The notes below the pieces were generated by a model that saw nothing but the letters and a program-made list of their open reading frames with translations, searched no databases and had not been told where the DNA came from. A DNA stretch of 61,366 bases, from assembly GCA_020057405.1 (NCBI GenBank), contig JAGVFW010000009.1, forward strand, positions 1 to 61,366, given 5' to 3'. The position numbers and the translations under genes were made by a program. Origin of the DNA: an archaeon. GTDB taxonomy: Archaea > Micrarchaeota > Micrarchaeia > Norongarragalinales > UBA97. Every line of letters starts with the position of its first letter. The first letter of the stretch is position 1. Positions 18,778-26,769 of the stretch are shown here, one piece after another.

Positions 18778-21624
18778 ATGACCGAAAACGCGTTTGACTT
18801 GCTGCACCCGAAAATCGCGGCCCTAGCGAAAGCGCGCTTTGGCGAGCCAAGCGAAGTGCAGGCGGCAGCTATTCCGCTTGCAATGGCGGGCGAGAATGTC
18901 CTGGCAATCGCGCCTACTGGAAGTGGCAAGATGGAGGCGGCATTCCTTCCCGTCGTTAGTCGACTACTCGAGAGCACTGAGGCAGGGGACAAGGAAGGCA
19001 TCCGTTTTCTTTACATCACGCCCCTGCGTGCCCTCAACCGCGACATGCAACATAGAATGGAGTACTGGGCGCATTTGCTGGGGCTCTCGCTTGGCGTGCG
19101 CCACGGTGACACGAAACAAAGCGAGCGCGTCAAGCAAAAAATCAAGCCCCCCCAAATCATGGTCACCACTCCCGAGAGCTTAAGCACGATTTTGATTTCC
19201 CCAGGCATCCGCGACGCCCTGCGCAATGTCAAGTGGGTTGTTGTTGACGAGATACACGAGCTAATCGACAGCAAGCGCGGCGTGCAGCTATCGCTCGCCC
19301 TTGAGAGGCTGCGGGAGCGCGTGAAAGAAAAGGGCCCTGTGCAAAAAACACCGCGCGATTTCCAAATCATCGGGCTTAGCGCGACTGTGGGCGACGAGGC
19401 GAAGGCAGCTGAGTTTCTTTCCCCCAAGACTAAAGTCGCGCGGGCGGACCTCAAGCGCAAGATTGAGCTCAAAGTCGAGTTTCCCACGGTTGTCAAGGAC
19501 GCCGAGTTTGCGGCAAAGTGGCGCCTTGAGGGAGAGGCGGCTGCGCGAGTAGAGCGCTTGTCCCAGCTCATTGAGGAAAGCAAGAGCATTCTCGTTTTCG
19601 TAAACACGAGGAGCATGGCTGAAAGCCTGAGTGCATTGCTTTTCCAAGTCGAGATATTGCGGGGAAAGGTGGGCGTGCACCACGGTTCGCTCGCTCGCGA
19701 AAGCAGGATTGCGACCGAAGCGGAATTCAAGCGCGAGGGAACTGAAGGCGAGAAGAAACTAAAGGCGATTGTGTGCACGAGCAGCCTTGAGCTCGGCATC
19801 GATGTTGGCCGCATCGACATGGTGGTGCAGTACCACTCGCCCCGGCAGGTGACGCGCCTGCTGCAGAGAGTGGGGCGAAGCGGGCACAGAAAGAACCTCG
19901 TGCCAAAAGGAATTGTGCTTGCTGTCGCCGGCGGGGACTGCGTTGAAACTGCGGTACTGGCGCATCGCGCGCTTGGGGGAAAACTCGAGGCCATCAGGCT
20001 GCCAATAAACTGCCTTGACGTGCTTGGCGCCCAAGTGTCGGGATTTGTGCTTGACAAGTGCATCAATCCCGACGACAAGCTTGACACGAAAAGCGTCTAC
20101 GAGATTTTCAAGCGCTCGCCCTACTACCGCACGCTAGAGTTTTCCGAGTTCATCATGGTCTGCAAACAATTGTCGCAACAGCGGCTCCTCGCCTTAAGCG
20201 AGGACTTTGCAAGCCTGGCTCCAGCAAGGGCGACGAAGCTCTATTACTACGAAAACTTGAGCACCATCCGCGACCTGAGGCGATACTTTGTCAAGGACGC
20301 GGAAAAGCGGCGCAATGTCGCCGTCCTCGACGAGGAGTTTGTCGCCGAGTACCTGCAGAAGGGCGTGACGTTCATTTCGCGGGGCGTGCCTTGGAAAGTG
20401 CTAAGCATCACAGACGACGAAGTCATTGTGGAGCAGGCCCAAGACTTTACCGCAAGCATTCCGGATTGGGTGGGCGAGGAGATTCCCGTTGTCTTTGACG
20501 CGACGCAGGAATTCGCCGAGCTTCTTGAGAAGACGGGCAAGGGGCTTTTGGGAAAGTACGAACTTCTGCGCGACTACTCGTGCGCAGGAAGCGCTGCTGA
20601 CCAGATTCTTGCTTATGCGGAAAAGCAGCGCAAGTACTTTTTGCCCCAGAAAGGAAAATTCTTCCTCGAGGAGAGCGGCAAGACCCTGCTTCTGCACACT
20701 TTTGCGGGCAACGAGGCAAACGAGGCCCTCGCGCGGGCCATAGCGGCGATGCTGTCGGCAAGCCGCGGGGAAAGCACGAGGACGCGCGCGAGTGCCTACT
20801 CGATTGCATTCGAATTTTCCCACCCGCCCGACTCGAAGAAATTCCTCAAGATACTTGCTGAACTCGACGCGGACTCTGTTGAAAAAATCTTGCGCAACGC
20901 CATCCCCCACACTGCGATTTTCAGGAGCAGGTTCGTTGACGTGGCAAAGCGGTTCGGCATGATTCGGCGGGACGCTGACCTGAAGAGCATCAACATCAAG
21001 CGGTTGGTTGAGGCGAGCACTGAGACTCCAATTTGGCGCGAGGCTCTAAGCGAAGTGCTCACCGAGAAGATGGACATCCCGCGGCTGCGGCAAATCATCA
21101 AGTGGCCAGTCGAGCAAGTGATTCGCAGCGACTTGTCGCCATTGGCTTCCGAGTTCGTCGACCTGTATGCCAGCAGGGAACTCCTCGCAGCCGTCGAGCC
21201 TACCGCGCAGCTAATTGATGCGTTCAAGAAAAATTTGCTCGGCCAGCGGATGAAGCTCGTGTGCAACTACTGCCTCAACACTTTCAGCATTTACCTCAGG
21301 GAAGCGCCGGAAAAGATTTCCTGCCCTCACTGCCAAAGCACGCAGTCAACTCTCGCCGAGTACAGAAAAGTGCTGGAAAAGTCCGCGAAGGGAGAGAAAT
21401 TAGAGAAAGGCGAGGGCAAGCTTCTTGAGGACGCACGGCGAGTGGAGTCGCAAATCGGCGCGTACGGAGGAAAGGCGCTCATCGCGCTTGCAACTTACGG
21501 AGTCGGCCCCGACAGCGCAAGCCGCGTGCTCTCAAGGCTCCGCGACGACGAAGCGGAGTTCTACAGAGACCTCCTAGAGCAACAAAAGCAGTTCATCGCC
21601 AACCGCAAGTACTGGAAGGCCTAA
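18778..21624 (+). CDS. lhr: Lhr-like SF2 helicase
   Basis: APTGSGK, TPLRAL, DEIH, SAT, HHGSL, LELGIDVG, QRVGRSGH, C-terminal CxxC...CxxC. Confidence 0.92.
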   Translation: MTENAFDLLHPKIAALAKARFGEPSEVQAAAIPLAMAGENVLAIAPTGSGKMEAAFLPVVSRLLESTEAGDKEGIRFLYITPLRALNRDMQHRMEYWAHLLGLSLGVRHGDTKQSERVKQKIKPPQIMVTTPESLSTILISPGIRDALRNVKWVVVDEIHELIDSKRGVQLSLALERLRERVKEKGPVQKTPRDFQIIGLSATVGDEAKAAEFLSPKTKVARADLKRKIELKVEFPTVVKDAEFAAKWRLEGEAAARVERLSQLIEESKSILVFVNTRSMAESLSALLFQVEILRGKVGVHHGSLARESRIATEAEFKREGTEGEKKLKAIVCTSSLELGIDVGRIDMVVQYHSPRQVTRLLQRVGRSGHRKNLVPKGIVLAVAGGDCVETAVLAHRALGGKLEAIRLPINCLDVLGAQVSGFVLDKCINPDDKLDTKSVYEIFKRSPYYRTLEFSEFIMVCKQLSQQRLLALSEDFASLAPARATKLYYYENLSTIRDLRRYFVKDAEKRRNVAVLDEEFVAEYLQKGVTFISRGVPWKVLSITDDEVIVEQAQDFTASIPDWVGEEIPVVFDATQEFAELLEKTGKGLLGKYELLRDYSCAGSAADQILAYAEKQRKYFLPQKGKFFLEESGKTLLLHTFAGNEANEALARAIAAMLSASRGESTRTRASAYSIAFEFSHPPDSKKFLKILAELDADSVEKILRNAIPHTAIFRSRFVDVAKRFGMIRRDADLKSINIKRLVEASTETPIWREALSEVLTEKMDIPRLRQIIKWPVEQVIRSDLSPLASEFVDLYASRELLAAVEPTAQLIDAFKKNLLGQRMKLVCNYCLNTFSIYLREAPEKISCPHCQSTQSTLAEYRKVLEKSAKGEKLEKGEGKLLEDARRVESQIGAYGGKALIALATYGVGPDSASRVLSRLRDDEAEFYRDLLEQQKQFIANRKYWKA

Positions 21625-22049
21625 TCGACGAGTATGCGTTCGGGAGAACGGCCATGGTGCGGTTGGTAGTGGGTGCATCCGCGCTCGTTTAGCAAGTGCG
21701 CTTTGATTGCATCCTTGACAAGCTCGTCGAATTTCGCTTTACTTTGCGGGTTTGAAAAAATCTTTGCGTCGTGGACAAAAAAGGACTTGATGGCGACATT
21801 TTTGAGGTTTTCATAAACAGCTTTGATGACTCGAACTGGCCGGCTGTGCTCGTCCTTGAGGCGGGGCTCTTCGCCAAGCTCCTTTGGAAACTCGAAAACT
21901 TGAACCAAGTGCATGCCGCCCCGGTGCTCGAGTGCCTCTAAAATTTCCCTGCTATCGTGAACGCGAACCTCGTAGTGTTCATGCGCAGGCAAGGCCGAAC
22001 TTGCCGGCTCGTGCCTATGATAGAGCGCATAGTGCGTCAGCGTGTGCAT
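21621..22049 (-). CDS. hypothetical protein
   Basis: ATG at 22049; cttaaa box about 22 nt upstream. Confidence 0.6.
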   Translation of the reverse strand: MHTLTHYALYHRHEPASSALPAHEHYEVRVHDSREILEALEHRGGMHLVQVFEFPKELGEEPRLKDEHSRPVRVIKAVYENLKNVAIKSFFVHDAKIFSNPQSKAKFDELVKDAIKAHLLNERGCTHYQPHHGRSPERILVD

Positions 22050-22105
22050 ACTGAACTCTGGGCTTAAGGAGTTTAAGAGCGTTTGGGGGACGCAGGCGCG
22101 AAAAA

Positions 22106-22330
22106 TTAGCGCAAATCTTTCCTTCCAAACGCACCCAGGACAAAGCAATGCGAGAGGACTGCTTCGGCAATTGCGACAACGCCAGCAAAAGCCATGATGA
22201 ACTTGACAACGACATCCGGAACGAGGACGGCAATAACTATTGCCCCAGCGCCAATTGCGAGGCGAAAGAGGCGGTTGTCGGGCCCGATGTTTGGCGGACA
22301 GACTTTTTCAACGGGTTTCAATGCCATCAC
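22106..22330 (-). CDS. DUF2892 (YgaP-like) membrane protein
   Basis: PNIGPDNRLFRLAIG, two TM helices, AVLSHC. Confidence 0.7.
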   Translation of the reverse strand: MMALKPVEKVCPPNIGPDNRLFRLAIGAGAIVIAVLVPDVVVKFIMAFAGVVAIAEAVLSHCFVLGAFGRKDLR

Positions 22331-22333
22331 TCT

Positions 22334-22876
22334 TCACGCTGCCTTGCCTAGTGGATAAACGCCCCTGCAAATGCGGCGGTGGTAAACGGTTAGGGGAATC
22401 TCGGTATTGAATGATATGCCCACTAGGGCGAGCTGCTTTTTGCGGGGCGTGGATGCTCCGACCGTGGTGCTAAAAGACTTGTAACCTAGGACTTTGAGCT
22501 TGTGGGCGGCGTGCTTCTCGGCAAAATAGCTCATCCCGATTATTGTCCCAGAATAGGGAGCCCGGTTCAAAATCTGGTAATCATCGGAAACTGCCTTAGA
22601 CCCCGCTCGTTCATAGGATACAAAGCCTAGGGCACGCTGGAAGCTGGACGGGTAGGACGCCTCCTGCAACGGCTTCAAAATGTGCTTTGGGATGCGCACG
22701 TGCTTTATCAAGGTAAGCGGCAACTCGCTGCTGCCTGACGCCTGGTTGTCGTCTGAAAACACGATGGTCGGGCTAGCCTTTCCGGAAGTCAGGTCAAACG
22801 CGAAAACCTCGTGGCCGCGCGTAGTGGTATGGTAAACCGCAAGATGCGTGATTGGCTTTGGTTCGGGCAACATCAT
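22334..22876 (-). CDS. hypothetical protein
   Basis: 180-aa ORF tightly coupled to both neighbours on the minus strand. Confidence 0.6.
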   Translation of the reverse strand: MMLPEPKPITHLAVYHTTTRGHEVFAFDLTSGKASPTIVFSDDNQASGSSELPLTLIKHVRIPKHILKPLQEASYPSSFQRALGFVSYERAGSKAVSDDYQILNRAPYSGTIIGMSYFAEKHAAHKLKVLGYKSFSTTVGASTPRKKQLALVGISFNTEIPLTVYHRRICRGVYPLGKAA

Positions 22877-23043
22877 TTCACACCAATCATGGCTTTGAGC
22901 CTATCGATAAAAGAGACTTGCCTTGAATCGGCTACGCGTCCTTCAGGCTCCCACTTTTCAATGAACTGAACATCTTTTTCACTCGGCGGTGCCCGCTCCT
23001 CTAGAGCCAATTCCTTTACCGACAGCACGCGGGGTTTTGCCAT
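22873..23043 (-). CDS. 56-aa protein translationally coupled to the E2 gene (not in ORF track)
   Basis: MAKPRVLSVKELALEERAPPSEKDVQFIEKWEPEGRVADSRQVSFIDRLKAMIGVK*; TAATG overlap with the E2 stop and ATGA overlap with the next gene. Confidence 0.65.
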   Translation of the reverse strand: MAKPRVLSVKELALEERAPPSEKDVQFIEKWEPEGRVADSRQVSFIDRLKAMIGVK

Positions 23044-23519
23044 TAGAGCACTATCCTCGGCTTGCCTGGCTTTGGCGCGAGTGCGCCTGGGGCGGCGAGG
23101 CCGTGTTCGACGAAATACTTTGCAGCTGATTTGTTAAGAGGGTCCGATGGGTTGGGGTGATCAAGCAGGTGGCGCAGTCCTTTGGCAAGCGAAACTAGAG
23201 TGAGGCCCTCGCTCCAGGCGTTGAGAATCTGGATGCACACTTTGCCGTCCTCGGCCCGGATGTTGGGGTGGAAAATTGGAGTCACCCACGTCACGTCGAT
23301 GCCACCCGCGTAAGGATAGTCGCGCAAAAGCTGCACGCGAACCTTGTGTGAATCGATTGTCTTTACCGTCCCGCCGTCAAGAAAGTAGCCTCGGCCGGAA
23401 AACTCGAGCACGTAGTCGGTGCGGTCGGCACTCGCAGTAAACTTGATGCCTGTGCGCGACAGCTCGGCAAACTCGTTGTCGATGCGGCGTTTCCAAATCG
23501 CTTGCGGAAGGCGGGGCAT
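23043..23519 (-). CDS. ubiquitin-conjugating enzyme E2 (UBC fold)
   Basis: KRRIDNEF, DYPY, TPIFHPNI...GKVCIQILNAWS, LLDHPNPSDPLNKSAA. Confidence 0.93.
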   Translation of the reverse strand: MPRLPQAIWKRRIDNEFAELSRTGIKFTASADRTDYVLEFSGRGYFLDGGTVKTIDSHKVRVQLLRDYPYAGGIDVTWVTPIFHPNIRAEDGKVCIQILNAWSEGLTLVSLAKGLRHLLDHPNPSDPLNKSAAKYFVEHGLAAPGALAPKPGKPRIVL

Positions 23520-23572
23520 AGAAGAAAACCAGTATCGCAAGCAATTTATTGCCTGCGGCTGTTCGTTTTTGC

Positions 23573-23806
23573 ATGGACTTGCCTGAAGGCCTAGGATGGT
23601 ACGGCATTGCCGCCGTTTTTGCGGCCTACGCGGGCAACAGCCTCGCTTATTTCAACGCACAAAACCCACTCTACCCTGCGCTCAACTTCACGGGCGCCCT
23701 TGCGCTTATCGTCGACACGCGAGCGAAAAAAGACTGGCCCCTGTTCGCACTAAACCTTGTTTGGGCTGCGATTGCGGCTTACTCGCTTGCGAGAATCTAC
23801 TTTTAG
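23573..23806 (+). CDS. CBU_0592-like 3-TM membrane protein
   Basis: LGWYG...AY...LYPALNFTGA...KKDWP..ALNLVWAAIA. Confidence 0.7.
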   Translation: MDLPEGLGWYGIAAVFAAYAGNSLAYFNAQNPLYPALNFTGALALIVDTRAKKDWPLFALNLVWAAIAAYSLARIYF

Positions 23807-24045
23807 CCGCCGGTAGGATCGGGCATCAGAATTAGCTTGGCGCCCTCGGCCACTCCGGCTTCCTTTAGCGAGAGGTCGGGGTTGAGGATCTTGTTGTCGG
23901 CAGTTGCAAGCACGAAGCGGTCCTTGAGTTGGAGGTTCTCGGCCAGCACTTCAAGCACGCTGCCGACCGTGAACTGTGGCTCGACCGCCATAGTGATTTC
24001 CTTGCCGCTAGTTGAATGAGTCACCGTAACGTTGTATTCGACCAT
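23803..24045 (-). CDS. ubiquitin-like protein with free C-terminal GG
   Basis: 80 aa; SGKEITMAVEPQFTV, NKILNPDLSLKEAGVAEGAKLIL, ends PDPTGG*. Confidence 0.88.
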   Translation of the reverse strand: MVEYNVTVTHSTSGKEITMAVEPQFTVGSVLEVLAENLQLKDRFVLATADNKILNPDLSLKEAGVAEGAKLILMPDPTGG

Positions 24046-24099
24046 CGCCGTTAGCCCCTCTGAAAGCTATTTATTACGCCCGATTAATAACCTTGCTGC

Positions 24100-24864
24100 A
24101 TGGACAAGCCAAAAATCGTTGCAATCCACCGGCCCGAGGACGAAAGCGAAGTCCCGCCAGAGCGCGAACCGCAGCAAGAGCCATCGGCAGAGCAACAGAA
24201 AACTCCGACAAATGTTGAAACGCAGCCGGTTGAAACTCCCCAAACCGGCGGGGCAAACCCCGAAGCTGCGGTTCAAACGGCACCACAAGCTGAAGCAAAG
24301 CCCGAGCGGCCGGAAAAGCAGGCTGTGGGCCCCGACGGGCTCACCGACCTCGAACGCAGCGTGCTTGACGAGATGAGAAAACGCGGGGAAATAAGCCTCA
24401 ACGAAGAACGCGCAATAGCGCAGGAGGCAAGGGCCAGAAACGACGCGCTTAGCCAACCCACGGCGCCACCCGCACCGAAAACCGAAAGGCCAGTGGGCGC
24501 AATCGAAGCTCCCGCGGAAAAGCCGGCTGGCGAAATGGAAGTCGCTTCAGAAGAACAGCATCCCCGCGTGATTGCGGGGGCCCCGCCTTGGGTGAGCAGG
24601 CAGGCAAAGCCCATCATCAAGCAGACGCGAGTAAACGGCGTCGTCGTAAGCGAGCGGGGAGAAAGCGCAGGCAAGCAAACCGAAGACCACTTGGCCCAAC
24701 CCCAGGCGAGCGGGGACCACACGCAAGACGAACGCGAGCGCGCAGCCGACTTGGCGCGAAAGATTTACGCGCGCAAACAACGCGAAAAGAGTTTCTTTTA
24801 CCGCCTACAGAAAATGCTTGGCCTTGTGAAGGAAGAACCGCTGGTGACCCAACGGAATGATTGA
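24100..24864 (+). CDS. Pro/Glu/Gln-rich, largely disordered hypothetical protein
   Basis: Low-complexity 254 aa; divergent from the Ubl gene; overlaps the JAB start. Confidence 0.7.
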   Translation: MDKPKIVAIHRPEDESEVPPEREPQQEPSAEQQKTPTNVETQPVETPQTGGANPEAAVQTAPQAEAKPERPEKQAVGPDGLTDLERSVLDEMRKRGEISLNEERAIAQEARARNDALSQPTAPPAPKTERPVGAIEAPAEKPAGEMEVASEEQHPRVIAGAPPWVSRQAKPIIKQTRVNGVVVSERGESAGKQTEDHLAQPQASGDHTQDERERAADLARKIYARKQREKSFFYRLQKMLGLVKEEPLVTQRND

Positions 24865-25315
24865 AGCTTATTTCGAGGAGCCCGTGATGCGGGCGGCCCA
24901 AGAGCACTGCAAAAAAGCTGCGGGCTTGCGCCTTGAGGCAATGGGCCTGCTTTCGGGCACTGCAGCCAAATGGCAGGGCACCACTTACGTCGTAATTGAC
25001 GAGTACATCACCGCAGAGAACGACGCGACTGCAGTGAGCGTACGGTTCGGCAGGGAAGCGTTCGGCGCCCTTGCGGCAAGAATAAACGAGGCTGCAGGCC
25101 GGGGCAAGCTCGTCGTGGGCTGGGCGCACGCGCACCCAAACTACGGGTGCTTCCTCTCGTCGACAGACGTGCGAACGCAGCGCCAGTACTTTGCCGAGGA
25201 ATTCAACATCGCCCTCGTAATCGACCCCGTGCGCGGGGAAAAGCGAGTCTTCAAGCTTTCGCAAGATGCAAAAGGATACCGGCCCGCCGGCTATGCCGTT
25301 GTTGCCAGAAAGTGA
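24857..25315 (+). CDS. JAB/MPN+ (Rpn11-like) metallo-isopeptidase
   Basis: EAMGLL...GWAHAHPNYGCFLSSTD (E...HxH x7 S x2 D), LVIDP. Confidence 0.93.
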   Translation: MIEAYFEEPVMRAAQEHCKKAAGLRLEAMGLLSGTAAKWQGTTYVVIDEYITAENDATAVSVRFGREAFGALAARINEAAGRGKLVVGWAHAHPNYGCFLSSTDVRTQRQYFAEEFNIALVIDPVRGEKRVFKLSQDAKGYRPAGYAVVARK

Positions 25316-26111
25316 GCCGACCGCGCCGGCAATACAGCAAGCGCAACCCACAAAAGGAGAAAAGAAATTGAAATCGCCAAAGCCCCGAAAGGCACGAAAA
25401 ACACGCCTGAAGCTCACGCGCTTTGACAAGGACGCAATCGAACTAATGCGCAAGGGCACCCGAAGCGCAGGGAGGCTCGCTGCACTCATGGGCCTTGACT
25501 CGACGCAAGTGCGAGGCAGGCTCCTCGAGCTAGAGTCCCACGGCATCATCGCGTTTGACGCAAGCGAACCCGACAAAGTCAGCCTCACGGTCAAGGCATA
25601 CAATGACCTCAAGCTCTCGCCAATAGAGGAAAAAAAGCAGGAACCGGCACCAAACGTTCCAGTAAGACACCCCCCCGCTATTGAAGCGCCGCAAGCCCCG
25701 ACCCAAAAGCCTCCCGCTCAAACTTCCGGCATCAGCGAACGCATCGACTTGGCCGAGCTATTGCGCCGGGGCGCGCCAAAAGACCCGCTTTTTGTCCGAA
25801 GGAAAGTCGGCGGAGACGAAGTGATTGAGGAGAAGAAAATCGACGCGCAAACCACTGAGCTTTTGAAGAAAACCATTGCCGAATACGAGGGCGAAAAATG
25901 CGAACTATGCCGAGGCGAGTTCCGCCTCGCGCTTGCAGACGGCCACCCGAAATACGGGCATTGCTTCTGCGGCGCCGCCTACCACCAGGACTGTTACGAC
26001 AGCCTCTTGGACGACAAGGGCAGCTGCGCGCGCTGCGGCAGGACAATGGAAATCATTTTAGACAGGCAAAGCGAAGAAGCAGTCAGGGCGATTAGAAAGT
26101 TGTTTGAGTAG
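25293..26111 (+). CDS. winged-helix plus C-terminal RING-like zinc finger, candidate E3 ligase
   Basis: SAGRLAALMGLDSTQVRGRLLELESHGII (wHTH); CELC...CFCGAAYHQDC...CARC (C4HC3 spacing). Confidence 0.72.
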   Translation: MPLLPESEPTAPAIQQAQPTKGEKKLKSPKPRKARKTRLKLTRFDKDAIELMRKGTRSAGRLAALMGLDSTQVRGRLLELESHGIIAFDASEPDKVSLTVKAYNDLKLSPIEEKKQEPAPNVPVRHPPAIEAPQAPTQKPPAQTSGISERIDLAELLRRGAPKDPLFVRRKVGGDEVIEEKKIDAQTTELLKKTIAEYEGEKCELCRGEFRLALADGHPKYGHCFCGAAYHQDCYDSLLDDKGSCARCGRTMEIILDRQSEEAVRAIRKLFE

Positions 26112-26113
26112 AG

Positions 26114-26440
26114 GTGGATAAAATGAGGAATATACTTAGACCGAAAACGCTGAGGGCAGCGGAACAGGCATTCAAGCGCCTTCACGGGACGGTTTACTAC
26201 GGGTCCAGCGGACTGTCTTACGAAGTAACCGAGGGTCCGCAAGAACTGGAAAACGGGGAAGGGCATTACATCCACCTAGCGCCCAACAAACACCCCGCAA
26301 GTAGCGCGGAACACTCATCCTACGAAATTATCCTTAACTCGGAAATCCAGCGCCTTGCGAAAAATATGAAAGTTGGCCTCGGAATAATCACCCATCCATC
26401 TGAAAAACGCGATCTGCGAATAGCCTTCCTTAAAGACTAG
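26114..26440 (+). CDS. hypothetical protein
   Basis: 108-aa ORF 2 nt after the RING-gene stop. Confidence 0.55.
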   Translation: MDKMRNILRPKTLRAAEQAFKRLHGTVYYGSSGLSYEVTEGPQELENGEGHYIHLAPNKHPASSAEHSSYEIILNSEIQRLAKNMKVGLGIITHPSEKRDLRIAFLKD

Positions 26441-26442
26441 CC

Positions 26443-26769
26443 GTGAACCGAATGCCTTGGAAACTGTGGGGAAATAAACCGGCCGAAACGCCCAAGCTTA
26501 AGCCCCTCCAACAGAGTGCAAGGGAAGCCAAGCTTTCGGCTTTCCGCAGCCTAAGGGAAAGCAACGTGCTTGTTGAAGACCATCTTTCAACAGACAACGA
26601 GCATTGCCTCAAAGTGACCCTTAAAACGCACGACGACGACCTTACCCGGGAGCTTGCCAACACTATTGCAGACAAGCACGCAAGCGAAAAGCAGGTAAAT
26701 AACAACTCGAGCGTGATTGGTACCGAAATGATCCTCGCGTTTAAAGCAACTGCCAGAAAAGCGCGCTAG
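26443..26769 (+). CDS. hypothetical protein
   Basis: 108-aa ORF 2 nt after the previous stop; shares a CTAG stop with the E1 gene. Confidence 0.55.
   Translation: MNRMPWKLWGNKPAETPKLKPLQQSAREAKLSAFRSLRESNVLVEDHLSTDNEHCLKVTLKTHDDDLTRELANTIADKHASEKQVNNNSSVIGTEMILAFKATARKAR

Noticed and set aside
19011-20087. 358-aa antisense ORF, and similar shadow ORFs at 24617-25612, 43564-44433 and 58891-59613
   Set aside because: They are antisense to well-supported genes in GC-rich DNA, have Ser/Arg-rich composition and show no motifs.
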